Below are positions 55,001 through 63,607 of a stretch of DNA of 64,000 bases, in pieces. Under the pieces are notes generated by a model. That model made no database searches. It was not told the origin of the DNA and worked only from the letters and a program-made list of their open reading frames with translations. The stretch is from Hydrolagus affinis (taxonomy: Eukaryota), in contig JAAILG010000267.1 in the NCBI GenBank assembly GCA_012026655.1, positions 1 through 64,000 on the forward strand. Direction: 5' to 3'. Each line of letters opens with the position of its first letter. The stretch's first letter is position 1. The position numbers and the translations under genes are program-made.

Positions 55001-58000
55001 AATACTGTGCCATTTGGGCAATCTATATTCAAAAGGACATTGGTACATTTGAGCGGAAAATAAGAAGAATGCTGAGGACCATTTCAGAACTTGGGGCTCT
55101 AAATAAGAGGAGGTATGCAGTTAAATCTGTTACAGAAAGACTGAGAGGGAGAGAATGTGCCCTGATTTAACTCTTTAAAATGATGAACTGCATAGATCAT
55201 GTAGATTTGGATTCTGTTTGTGGAAGGAAATGGCTTAAGGTTATTGAACCTTAAATGAGGCAATAGAAAGGAGCATTTACTATTGGCACATATGTTTTAC
55301 AAAAAACAAATTCCCTATGGAGCACTTTGAGATGTGTTTCTGTAAAAATTCAAGTTCTTTCTTAGGTGGAAGAGTATTTCAGCAAAAGTAGTTGAGAGTT
55401 CAGTTGTGCAGGGCAATTCCTTCAAAGAAAGTGGATAAAGGTTGGGAATGGGATTGAAAATAATTTGAGTTAAGATTATCTAAATGTAGGTTGTAATAAT
55501 CAAATGCTTTTTGCGACGCAAGCCTTTGTGTGTTAGTGGGCGCACATGTTACTTTGGAGGAAAGGAATGAATCTGGAAAGTAGCCAATCATGGTTGAGTT
55601 GTGTGAAGATGGATAGACTGTGTGGAGTTTTACTTTGTAGTTTTGGGGGATTGAGGACCTGTTCACTGAAGAGATGGAGTCCACAATAGAGTATGTAGAC
55701 AGAGCAAGCTGGGAGGGTGAATATTTAAAGCTTTAAAGTAGCAAAATTATGACCTGAGTTTGTTTTCAGATAATGAATTCCCTAATTTAGGTCTCACATG
55801 TTGAAGAGCATCTGGTACATTTTGGTTTTGCAAAACAACTTGAAACATAGAATTTTGTGGATATCAGTGACTGTGAATCACTTTATTGAATGGATCACTG
55901 TCTTTGGAACATAATCTGAGAGGCTTTGACGAAATTAGTACATGACCTGAAAGCAAAGGAGAATATTGCTGGATAAATTCAGCCTAAAGTTGAAATTGGA
56001 GCACACTTCTCCAATATATTACAAAATAACATTTGCATAGTGATTTCACGTCAAGAAGGTGCTGGACAGTCAGGAATTTTCTGTTGCAATGTAAAATATT
56101 ATGCAGTAAACCAAAATCTATTGTACATTCTGTGCTTTATTTGACTCTTAAAGTGGCAAAATTAAAGTAATTTACATTCTTTTCCATTTGTACAAAAAAG
56201 CATCTTTTTATCACAATTTTTGAGGTTTAGAATTGGTTTTCACTGGAATTATAGATTATGGTTAGAAGAAATGTCAAACTGCTCTATTTGCTTATCATGT
56301 AGGGTGAAAATGGGATTCCAGGTGAAGCTGGAGAGAAGGTAAGGCTTGGTTCAGCGGATTCGATCCACTATACTGTGGCTTAAATATGGTTAAGCAATTT
56401 GAATCGGGAGGTGTTGGTTGCGATTGCTGAGGGAACTATGTACACTTGACAATCTCAGTGATTCAGAAAATGGCCAATCCCATCCCTTACTTGTGTTACC
56501 TTAACTGTAATTCAACAACTCATCAATAAAATGAAAGTTAGTGACAGAATTAACTTGCACAACTATAAATCCATAATGAAAAGTATATTTTGAAAACATG
56601 TTTAGGTCATGATTAATAGATATCTATTGTCCTGTTTATGTACATCTGTTTATGTAAATCCTAAGTCTTTTAGGATTTATTTATATCCTTTCAATTGAAT
56701 TTGCTGAGCTTTTGCCTGGCCACAACTGCATTTGTGTTCTTGTGCACTGCCAATGGTGTCTAATGCTCATCACAACTTTCCTGTGAATGTTCCAAGAAAT
56801 ATTCCACAACTGACTACAGAAAACAAAATGCTGTGTCCGTTAATTGTTTGACAATATGATCTTATTCAATAGGGTGAGAAAGGAGATGCGGGAATATCAA
56901 CCAATGGAATTAAAGGGGAACCGGGTTCAACTGGACCTCGTGGATCTCCAGGGCAAAAGGTTTTTATAAATATATATATATGTGTGTACAGTGTGTGTGT
57001 ATATAGCATATGTTTCATTGAAAACTTTTGCGTTCATTTGAATATGGTACGTCCATACTATTGAATGGAACCTTTCACCCTGGGTTTGTAATGTCACCAT
57101 CTTAACATTTCCAAGATATTTATAGCAATCATTAGATACAAATGAAAGCTCCACTTCTCAACAGTTTCAAAAGCCAACCTCAGAAGAGCACTTCTGCCAC
57201 ATTACTGTACCATGAAGTACTCCTCTCTTTTCATTATACTTTGTTGTATTTCTATCCTGATATGTACACAAATAATTGTAATTGCATCTATAATGTGCTC
57301 TAATTATTAACCAAATAACTTGCTGAAACACCCTCTTTTTGTGCTATTTCTCTTTAGTATTTCATAGCTCATATTAATCTTGAATCTGAAAGTTTTTTAG
57401 GAAAAGCCTGGGAAAATGGGAGAGCCTGGTTTGCATGGGCAGCAAGGATAAAAGGTGGCAACACTTGAGTTTAAAAAAACTGCTTAGAAGAATATTAAAT
57501 CTACAAATGTTTCTCTTTAACTCTCCTGATAGATTGGTACTAGTGAGAGATGTTTTAAAACTGCAATTTTTTTTGATGATTGATAAAATTCCTTGTGGTA
57601 TTGAACAATTTTTAACTTATTACATATTGCCTGTTAAAAAGCAACCAATAACACTGTTAAAAGGACAAAATGATTTTTACTTCACTTAAACCATTTTCCA
57701 AATTTAACTGCAGATCTGCACAATTTATTGGTAAGGCATGTATTGGTTTATAATATTAGATTTTAACAAAATAGGAATGAAAGTTTTTATTTTAAATATA
57801 TGTGAGCGTTGTTGAATTAAAGCATTATGACATGCCTCTTCTGTTCAAAAATCTCTTTTAATCCATAATACTGCTTTTGACTTAAATTGTCACCATTACC
57901 TGCCAAAATTGCTGTGCACAATTGTGCTGACATGTTTTCCGACAAATACACAGTCACTCCATTTCACATTAATTCCTGTGAAGAACTTTGAGACATCCAT

Positions 58001-61000
58001 GTTAATATGGGGCCAAATGCTGTAAGGCACCATACCAAATGCAAGGATTATTTATCAAATTGAAATTACCTTGAATGCATACAAACATCTTTGAGATGAG
58101 GTGCGTGAAGATTATTTCAGTCTCTTACTGTTATTATATTTCATCAACACTCACTTCTCTTGATGTGTTCGTCAGTATTTCAGACCCGAGCTGTGGTTGG
58201 GATCAGGGAGGGTGCAGGGAAGGGAGGGGAGGGGGATGACTAATGGCACAGTCGAAGAGAAGGGTCTTGAGGTGGGGCTTGAAGTAGGCTAGGGAGCGGG
58301 CGAGGCGGAGGGATTGCGGGATGTAATTCCAGAGGTTGGGGGCAGAATGGCTGAAGGCTCGCCTACCGATGTTGGGGTGGGTGGGTCGGGGGACATGGAG
58401 CAGGCCAGTCAGCGGAGAGAGCAGACAGGTTGGTAGGGGGTTAGAAGGTCACAGAAGTGTCTGTATATCATTCTCTTAAGTAAATGTTTTTCATTATACA
58501 TCATTTCAGGGGGACCCTGGCCGGCCCGGACCAAGGGTGAGTTTATTACTCTGGTGACTCAACTTTGATTACGACCTTCCGATTGAATGGCATAAATTTT
58601 TGTCTATTGGTCATCATCATTTAAACGATTTCCTATTTGAAAATGACTATGTTGCTTTGTAATCATATGATGTGTGTTTTAAAATCTATTGTGATAGTTT
58701 TTCTACTGACCCCCTCAAAGCTGACCGGTGTCCCATACTGTTTCCAGCATGCTCAGACATCATTAACCCTTTAATATCCAAGATCAAATTACAAGTACAG
58801 ATTTTTATCGCCTTCATGCTGTAGTGATGTGTTGATCTATTGTATATATTCTGTAGGGTTCGACAGGTCAGAGGGGTGAAGCAGGAAAAACTGAAATTAT
58901 CGATTACAATGGGAACATCAGTGAAGCTCTCCAGGTAAATTCCAGTAAAACTTGTACTGTATTACACACAAACAAGACTTTTAACTACAAGAGAATTTTT
59001 GATTGAGCACGTTGGTATTACTTTTGGATCAAATGACCCCAATTCTACATTTTAAGATGATTCCAGGTTCAGTTACCAATTATAACACTGCAGCTTTACA
59101 ACACTAGATTTATTTGCCAAATAACTAACTTAATTGTTTGAATTTCTTGATATAATTTGCCTCTACCTTCTCAGCTGTATTAGCACTATCTCTTTACCTT
59201 CCATCTTAACTTGAATCCATACTTCCTATAGTACAGTTAATAATAATAATTCTTGCATTTGATATAAAGCTTTTTACATCTTCCAGACATCTCAAAGTGC
59301 TTCACAGAATATACTGCAAAGTGAATTGACTGTATATATTTGGGCGAAACGTAGCAGCTAATTGTGCACAGCAGGGACCCACAAACAATTATGGATTGAA
59401 TTGACCAATTTTTTTTGAGGGATTATTATTAGGAGTGTGGAATAAGGAAACTTGCCCAAGGTTTTGTCCTTCCTGGAATTTAACCCAGGTCTCTCATTTG
59501 TAAGGAAGTGCTCTCACTACTGAGCTACAGGACTCCACAATGTTGAATGTTATATATACAGATTTCATGGTAGCAGGTGCTCTCCATATGTAGAATACAC
59601 ATAGTATGATTTCCATACTTTCATGTGATTTAATTCTTACCCCTCCAATAAAAACAAGTGATAATTAGTTATTTATGTTAGAGTCGATATGAGGGAAAAT
59701 AAGAGTTAATGTTTTAAATGTTATTTCACCTAAAAAAAATAGTGGTTCGTCTTTTATTTTTCAGGAAATCAGAACTTTAGCCCTGACGGTAACTAAATAG
59801 AATTTTATTGAATGCTTTATTGATTGCTTCTGCATTTTGAGCTGAAACAGAGTTGGTATTGTAAAGTTAGTGCATCCAATTATATTTATTATAACGGATG
59901 CTTTTAACTCTGTTAACTTTGGAATTCGGAAAACAGTAATTAACTGCCCTAACATTTGTCTGCAGTTGTCTCGATATATTACAAGTTGGAATTTATTTCA
60001 GAAGCAATATGTTCAATAACAAGGCTATTTATAAAAAAAAGTGTTATAAATTCATTAGAATATTTCTTGAATGCCATGTAAATAGTGTTGCAGTGTGTAT
60101 TTATATTTTTTGCACACTTAGATTATTATAACTGTTGAAGAAAACGTCCAGTGAGCACCATAAACATGACCTTTTGATGATGTCAAGCCTCTAATGGAAA
60201 TTCCTTTTATAATTGCGCACTAAAGGTGCTGGCTGTAACATCAGAATTTTACCCCGTATTATTTCTGTCTTTCACAAAAGGAACAGGGTATTGTACTTTC
60301 TCTCCTAAAAGTCCTCACTGCAATCACCAAGCTGTCAATAGTGACCTGAGATACCCTGTTCTCTCCACTCCTGCACCTCCCTGCAGCTGTAACATATGCC
60401 ATTGGCATCATTAAGCTTGCCTTGCAATTGCCCTTAAGAGCAAACTGTATAAAAAGGTAGAAAAATTGTGCTGTTTCTTAAACATGCACACAAAGCTTCA
60501 TTCACCTCTTCAGCATCCAGAGACGCTTGTTTGCTTCTGTAAATGACGGCTGTCCCTAAGTTGGGGAGAAATTAACAATGCACGTAATATGAAAGATTCT
60601 GATGATTGTTGAGTTATTGAGGGAAGCTACTCTACATGACTTGTGCATGACATAACCAGCATGATGTGATCTAGGTATATTGTTGGCATGTTTTACCTTT
60701 GCATTTATTAGCTGGTTTGTGTTGTCTACACATCTCTTTCTGAACCACCTTAGAATAATGGAATGTAAGGTCAGTCAGCCTGCTTCACTGAAAATAGAGG
60801 ACAACAAGACAGTGGATAGAGAGGGAAAAACCAAGTATTTTTAATTTGAAGTCAGCTGTTCACCAGCTAGGTAGAGCAATATAAAATATTTGGTAACCAC
60901 AGGATCGCCAGCTAGATTCAGTACATTAATTTGGTACTGAATTTTTCCAGTTCTGACATGTCTGGATCGACAATCCAGTACTGGCTTTGGGCCAATGTGT

Positions 61001-63607
61001 GGGGATTTCCCATGTAACCACTCGCTGACAGGTCTCACCACTGATGTTCAATGCAGTGGGTCCCAGCTGTGTGCAAAGGTCGGAAACGGTGGGCCTCTGT
61101 GGGGAGGGGAAAGGCAAGGGAAAATACAAATCTCCTACCAGGTGTGAGAGTCCTTTACATTGCCTTGCTTGGGAATATACTTTATATTTGAAGGAACGTC
61201 TCTTTTAATTTCTTCTTAATATGATTAGTTTCTGACTGAATTAAGGACATTTCAGTATCTCAATAATTTAGAAATAGGATCTGTTTGCATTACAGAAATT
61301 ATTTTCTAGCCTAAATGACAATTTCTGAAATTAAAACAGAAGTTCAGACTTCAGTGATATAACTGGAATAATTGCGTTTTTTGGCCACTGATTTAGAGAA
61401 CTCTTTCCAAAGTGCAACTGAAGAAACATGGTACTTGTAAATTTTATTACAGACTGGGTTTAATCCAAGACTGTTCAATGCGATTGATAGACCAAAGAAA
61501 AATGTGTTTAACATAAATATATTACAACCCACATCTGTAGCATTCACTTTTGTTTGTCTTTGTCGATCCGCCACTGTTGAGCACTCTGGGGCGCTACCCT
61601 GTGTGAGCGGTGCTTTATAAATGCAAGTTGTTGCTTTCTCTCCTTCAACCAATTTCACACAATGAATCTTTCTTAAAGTCCGCATTAGAGAACAAATGCA
61701 GCCATAGACATCTCCTGTGTCTCTCTAGCAATACTGTTTGATGCTGGAATGTACCCCCAGTACGCGGCAATTGAAATAAATAATTCTCACTCCCTCTCAC
61801 TGACTGACAAGAAAAATTACAATTTGTTATGTAGTCCTGAAAGTGTGTACTGGCTGACGTGAAGAATGTGACTCTGGGTATCTTCAGGCAGTAATGTTTG
61901 GATGTTATTTTATTATCATAATAAATGCAACACCTGATTTAATAATGGAACACCTAATTATTTTACAGTTTTTGTACTTCTCACATGCATGCACAATAAA
62001 TATGTTTGTGTGCCTTAAAAGAAAACTTAGAAATTGATATCTGCCCACCATTTTACTTTTGATACTTTTCTTTAGACATTTGAGTGTGTGATTTTGTCTT
62101 GAAACATTCTTTTGGAGCAATTAAGTGATGATAATGTTTGATTTGCAGGGTCCCCCAGGACTTCCCGGACACCCAGGCCAAAAGGTATAGTTTTTGCCTA
62201 TTTCTATTGTTAAAAGACATGAATTCTGCCTCTGATCTGTTGAGTTAAAAGAAGTCGATATATTTTAAGAATAAGCAAAACCAAATGGTCAGTCAACCCA
62301 CAAGTCAACAATATTGCGATTGCTTGACTCACCACAGTCTAATGCTTATAAAACCTGTTTAACTGTACTGCTTAATGTAGAAGGTGCGTACAATGTTGGG
62401 CAAGAATATTTTGTCTGGATATTTTCTACAATTTACAGAAGTCAAAGCGAAAAACATACCTTGAATCATTATGTATTTTTAGGGTGAAATAGGCTTGCCG
62501 GGTACATCAGGACTTGATGGAGAAAAGGTACTTTAACTTTTTGTTAACTCGGAAAATGCATCCTAGTTTTGTTTTGCTGACAGTTTGAAGTTTCAGTATA
62601 CTTGCCAGAACAAGTGGCTTATTGTATTATTTAAATATCAGTCAAACCTAGCTGTGTGTCTGTTGCTTTAGGGTCCTCGCGGTAAACCGGGTGAGATTGG
62701 ATTGCCTGGCCCTGAAGGCCCAAGAGGCATTGAAGGGTCTAAAGGAGAACCAGGAATTACGGGATTCCCAGGACCTAAAGGAAACAAGGGAGAAGTTGGC
62801 CAGGCAGGTTCTCCGGTGTGTTCAAGTGTTTCAAACAATGTTCTAAGCATGAGTCATCTAGACCAATAGACCAACTTCTTTCATATCACTTGATGGTATT
62901 GCACGTTTTAGCTCCAATCCATTTCTGGTTTAGTATCTCAGGATTATGTAGATAAGGTATTTCTAAAGACAGTTTATGTGATTGTCCATATGTGACAATG
63001 TTAACAGGCAGAATTTATGTATTAGTCAGATTTATTTAAGATTAATATACCTACCATATATGTAGCTTTCTCCTCTCTTTCATGTTTAGTTTCCCAGCAA
63101 TCAAATATTTGAAGCTTAAATGATTTTTGAGGGTGCTTTATGTAAAGACCAGTTTCTGATCGGTGGCTCTAATATGTTGTTAGGGTATGGATGGGCCGAC
63201 CGGTGAAAAGGGAGAAAGAGGGGAACCTGGATTGCAAGGTCCATCTGGCCTGCCAGGTCCTGTTGGTCTTCCCGGGACACCTGTAAGTATCAGTTCGCTC
63301 TGAGACACCGCCAGGCGTGGAGGGCGCTATATAAATCAAAGTTGTTGTTGTTGGTGCATGAATGGAGACTTTCTCCAACATATCATTTCAGTAATGTGTT
63401 TATGAAGTATTCTACAACATAGACAAAGTTTTCTACTGTGAGAAGTTGCACACAGATAGTTGTGCAGGAGTTTGGCGGGGTAGGATCTGTCTTCACTGAA
63501 ACTTGCATGTTTCTTCATAGCAGTAGATGATAAATACTGGTAGATAATGATGCATGTTTTTTTTTCTTTTTTAATTCTAGGGAGATAGAGGAGAAAAGGG
63601 TGATGGG
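10024..63607 (+). CDS. COL13A1: Multi-exon MACIT transmembrane collagen gene (internal part: COL1-NC2-COL2-NC3-COL3), most similar to collagen alpha-1(XIII); orthology not certain
   Basis: 37 AG/GT-bounded exons, mostly multiples of 9 nt, give continuous Gly-X-Y. Diagnostic peptides [51 protein letters not shown] and GEIGLPG..G.DGEK-GPRGKPG match collagen XIII as I recall it; some segments look more like XXV/XXIII. Family call is firm; the symbol is tentative. Confidence 0.7.
10520..10651 (+). mobile_element. SINE 3' half with L2-like tail (other 3' fragments at ~33845-34015 +, 48750-48905 +, 49105-49202 +, 57909-58053 +, 11745-11880 -, 12378-12480 -, 35965-36075 -)
   Basis: GCTGTGTGCAATTGGCTGCCGCGTTTC...CAGTCAATTCACT...GTGAAAAGCACTACATCAAATGCAA..(TTA)n. 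Confidence 0.85.
11915..12228. repeat. Unclassified ~310-bp interspersed repeat (copies at 47031-47340; inverted partials at 12256-12377, 16868-16962, and 5070-5200 + 6083-6135)
   Basis: Direct alignment by eye: GATTGTTGGAATGGAAT...CTCTCCCTGG...CAGGTTGGCAAGAGCCAAGGCT.GGGGACCCCAGAG...GTCCAGCTAGGACCACCCTACCCATTAAG. Confidence 0.85.
12896..12903 (+). CDS. 8-nt microexon GATCATCT, (G)SS, phase 1 to 0
   Basis: Strong pyrimidine tract ...ttttatttacag| and |gtaagt; needed to convert phase 1 to phase 0. Confidence 0.85.
13281..13307 (+). CDS. Collagen exon 27 nt GPPGRDGFP
   Basis: cattttag|GGA...CCG|gtaatt. Confidence 0.9.
13971..14006 (+). CDS. Collagen exon 36 nt [12 protein letters not shown]
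   Basis: attag|GGA...AAG|gtaagt; like COL13 GDKGAIGMPGRV. Confidence 0.9.
16610..16840 (-). mobile_element. L2 LINE 3' fragment
   Basis: Reverse complement of 9100-9320-like sequence with (AAC)n tail. Confidence 0.75.
17963..17989 (+). CDS. Collagen exon 27 nt GLKGEPGEK
   Basis: gcgcag|GGT...AAG|gtgagt. Confidence 0.88.
18236..18530 (-). mobile_element. CR1 LINE C-terminus/3'UTR remnant
   Basis: Minus frame ...[24 protein letters not shown] resembles the CR1 ORF2 end WNSLP..VVEA..I..FK..LD. Confidence 0.7.
21994..22044 (+). CDS. Collagen exon 51 nt [17 protein letters not shown]
   Basis: tttctttag|GGA...CCA|gtaagt; matches COL13 [17 protein letters not shown] including the interruption. 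Confidence 0.93.
23490..23760 (-). mobile_element. L2 3' end, second subfamily (short tails also at 1030-1090 +, 15343-15402 -, 21757-21830 -, 32492-32550 -, 61575-61635 +, 63293-63353 +)
   Basis: AACAACAACTTTGATTTATATAGCGCCCTCCATGCC...TCTCAGAGCG; reverse complement of the tail at 63293. Confidence 0.75.
24969..25004 (+). CDS. Collagen exon 36 nt [12 protein letters not shown]
   Basis: atgcag|GGT...CCG|gtgtgt; COL13 GQPGTRGFPGFP. Confidence 0.92.
28029..28055 (+). CDS. Collagen exon 27 nt GPIGLDGKN
   Basis: ttttgaag|GGC...AAC|gtaagt; COL13 GPIGLDGKP. Confidence 0.92.
28456..28482 (+). pseudogene. Collagen exon GKMGQKGEM with defective acceptor (AA in frame; the available AG gives a 26-nt frameshifting exon)
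   Basis: atttcaa|GGG AAG ATG GGT CAA AAA GGT GAA ATG|gtaaga; positional match to COL13 GHPGPKGDM. Confidence 0.65.
29108..29134 (+). CDS. Collagen exon 27 nt GSPGSRGEK
   Basis: tttatag|GGT...AAG|gtgaga. Confidence 0.88.
29229..29255 (+). CDS. Collagen exon 27 nt GEPGQNGEK
   Basis: gcaaag|GGT...AAG|gtaaga; 94-nt upstream intron. Confidence 0.88.
30307..30336 (+). CDS. Collagen exon 30 nt [10 protein letters not shown]
   Basis: tttttttag|GGT...TTT|gtaagt; one extra residue interrupts the helix. Confidence 0.82.
31437..31454 (+). CDS. Collagen microexon 18 nt GLKGEK
   Basis: tgtgcag|GGT...AAG|gtgagc. Confidence 0.87.
32169..32290. repeat. Degenerate minisatellite, ~27-28 bp unit x ~4.5
   Basis: Unit approx. 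CAGTGAATGCACTAACATCTGATTTGG(A/G). Confidence 0.75.
33280..33306 (+). CDS. Collagen exon 27 nt GQRGNSGLS (end of COL1)
   Basis: ttcttttag|GGC...TCA|gtaagt. Confidence 0.87.
35594..35888 (+). mobile_element. Full-length tRNA-derived SINE with L2-like tail
   Basis: GGAGTCCTGTAGCT head, B-box-like GGGTTTAATTC, central A-run, tail GTGAAAAGCGCTATATCAAATGCAAGG(TTA)n. Confidence 0.9.
37054..37125 (+). CDS. NC2 non-collagenous exon 72 nt [24 protein letters not shown]
   Basis: ctgttcag|TTT...AAG|gtaaac; resembles COL25 MVFPKINHGFLSADQQLIKRRLIK (also 24 aa); acceptor position less certain than donor. Confidence 0.8.
37351..37467 (+). CDS. Exon 117 nt [39 protein letters not shown] (start of COL2)
   Basis: atctcag|GGT...CCA|gtatgt. 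Confidence 0.94.
37957..38001 (+). CDS. Collagen exon 45 nt [15 protein letters not shown]
   Basis: ttctcag|GGG...AGG|gtaggt. Confidence 0.92.
38799..38825 (+). CDS. Collagen exon 27 nt GSTGMTGMK
   Basis: tttttcag|GGC...AAG|gtaatg. Confidence 0.88.
39221..39247 (+). CDS. Collagen exon 27 nt GDSGRPGEK
   Basis: atcatag|GGT...AAG|gtaaga. Confidence 0.89.
39910..39945 (+). CDS. Collagen exon 36 nt [12 protein letters not shown]
   Basis: catccag|GGT...AAG|gtgatt. Confidence 0.88.
40412..40447 (+). CDS. Collagen exon 36 nt [12 protein letters not shown]
   Basis: ttttgcag|GGT...AAG|gttaga; COL13 GDPGIQGYHGRK. Confidence 0.9.
41760..41893 (+). mobile_element. Internally deleted SINE (tRNA head fused directly to tail), next to a Penelope-like end at ~41670-41757
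   Basis: GGAATCCTGTAACTCAGTGGTTAGAGCACTCGCC...GGTTCAATTC...CTTGGGCAA|AATGTGAAAAGCG...GGATTATTATTATT. Confidence 0.8.
43580..43978 (+). mobile_element. Old Deu-domain SINE (DeuSINE/AmnSINE1-like)
   Basis: AATCTAGGCTGGCACTC...GTTGGAGGTGCTGGCCTTTGGATGAAATGTTAAACC...TCAGGTG resembles the Deu core as recalled; L2-type tail. Confidence 0.65.
44780..44842 (+). CDS. Collagen exon 63 nt [21 protein letters not shown]
   Basis: ttctcag|GGA...AAG|gtaaaa. Confidence 0.92.
45363..45389 (+). CDS. Collagen exon 27 nt GDKGNIGHK
   Basis: tttaacag|GGA...AAG|gtagga. Confidence 0.87.
46088..46132 (+). CDS. Collagen exon 45 nt [15 protein letters not shown]
   Basis: tacacag|GGA...AGG|gtagct. Confidence 0.88.
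46790..47001. mobile_element. 212-bp Tc1-mariner (pogo/Tigger) MITE
   Basis: Perfect 19-bp TIR CAGTAAAAGCCCGTTTATC / GATAAACGGGCTTTTACTG with flanking TA duplication. Confidence 0.92.
47341..47620 (-). mobile_element. Decayed LINE ORF fragment (pre-RT region, RTE-like)
   Basis: Minus frames give [24 protein letters not shown] and [14 protein letters not shown], similar to the LINE motif A...L..GKA.G.DGI..E...W..G.IP. Confidence 0.45.
51886..51930 (+). CDS. Collagen exon 45 nt [15 protein letters not shown]
   Basis: ttttgtag|GGA...AAG|gtattc; COL13 GERGMPGMPGKHGAK. Confidence 0.91.
52835..52867 (+). CDS. Collagen exon 33 nt [11 protein letters not shown] (interruption)
   Basis: cttttttag|GGC...AAG|gttagt; COL13 GAPGIAVAGMK / COL25 GDPGSSAAGIK. 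Confidence 0.87.
52997..53032 (+). CDS. Collagen exon 36 nt [12 protein letters not shown]
   Basis: gacacag|GGA...AAG|gtataa. Confidence 0.89.
53070..53520 (+). mobile_element. Old L2 LINE fragment with inserted (ATT)n
   Basis: TCCAGGCTTGACTAT (SRLDY), CAGATTATTCAAAACACAGCAGCTCAC, TGGCTCCCAATC; homologous to 8440-9170. Confidence 0.75.
54282..54326 (+). CDS. Collagen exon 45 nt [15 protein letters not shown]
   Basis: atatatag|GGT...AGG|gtagga. Confidence 0.87.
54705..55260 (+). mobile_element. Highly decayed CR1 ORF2 remnant
   Basis: Remnants of motifs QRDL, EKDLGV, KDI..LE, RLRG...FKMM..ID.V. Confidence 0.5.
56303..56338 (+). CDS. Collagen exon 36 nt [12 protein letters not shown]
   Basis: catgtag|GGT...AAG|gtaagg. 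Confidence 0.9.
56873..56959 (+). CDS. Collagen exon 87 nt [29 protein letters not shown]
   Basis: tcaatag|GGT...AAG|gttttt (weak donor); COL13 [29 protein letters not shown]. Confidence 0.9.
57401..57454 (+). pseudogene. Degenerate or poison collagen exon, 54 nt: [17 protein letters not shown]
   Basis: ttttttag|GAA...GGA TAA AAG|gtggca; Gly periodicity kept but first Gly is Glu and TAA is at 57449-57451. Confidence 0.8.
58170..58455 (-). mobile_element. L2 LINE 3' fragment
   Basis: Reverse complement aligns to 8980-9260 (GGCGAGCCTTCAGCCATTCTGCCCC identical). Confidence 0.85.
58510..58536 (+). CDS. Collagen exon 27 nt GDPGRPGPR
   Basis: atttcag|GGG...AGG|gtgagt. Confidence 0.9.
58857..58934 (+). 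CDS. Exon 78 nt [26 protein letters not shown] (COL2 end / NC3 coiled coil)
   Basis: tctgtag|GGT...CAG|gtaaat; MACIT NC3 signature IDYNGN..EALQ. Confidence 0.95.
59239..59537 (-). mobile_element. Full-length tRNA-derived SINE with L2-like tail
   Basis: Reverse complement colinear with 35594-35888. Confidence 0.9.
59765..59788 (+). CDS. NC3 exon 24 nt EIRTLALT
   Basis: tttttcag|GAA...ACG|gtaact; COL13 EIRTLALM. Confidence 0.92.
62149..62184 (+). CDS. Collagen exon 36 nt [12 protein letters not shown] (start of COL3)
   Basis: tttgcag|GGT...AAG|gtatag. Confidence 0.9.
62483..62527 (+). CDS. Collagen exon 45 nt [15 protein letters not shown]
   Basis: atttttag|GGT...AAG|gtactt; COL13 [15 protein letters not shown]. 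Confidence 0.93.
62672..62815 (+). CDS. Collagen exon 144 nt [48 protein letters not shown]
   Basis: gctttag|GGT...CCG|gtgtgt; 16 perfect triplets; ends match COL13 GPRGKPG...GETGQAGSP. Confidence 0.95.
63184..63282 (+). CDS. Collagen exon 99 nt [33 protein letters not shown]
   Basis: ttgttag|GGT...CCT|gtaagt; 11 perfect triplets. Confidence 0.94.
63581..63607 (+). CDS. Collagen exon 27 nt GDRGEKGDG
   Basis: attctag|GGA...GGG|gtaagg. Confidence 0.88.

Noticed and set aside
62668-62850. Minus-strand PG-rich ORFs (also 37347-37640)
   Set aside because: Antisense shadows of the + strand Gly-X-Y exons.
10024-63607. Whole gene being a pseudogene
   Set aside because: 37 exons keep frame and GT-AG sites with near-perfect Gly periodicity; the two defective exons are phase 0-0 and can be skipped without harm.
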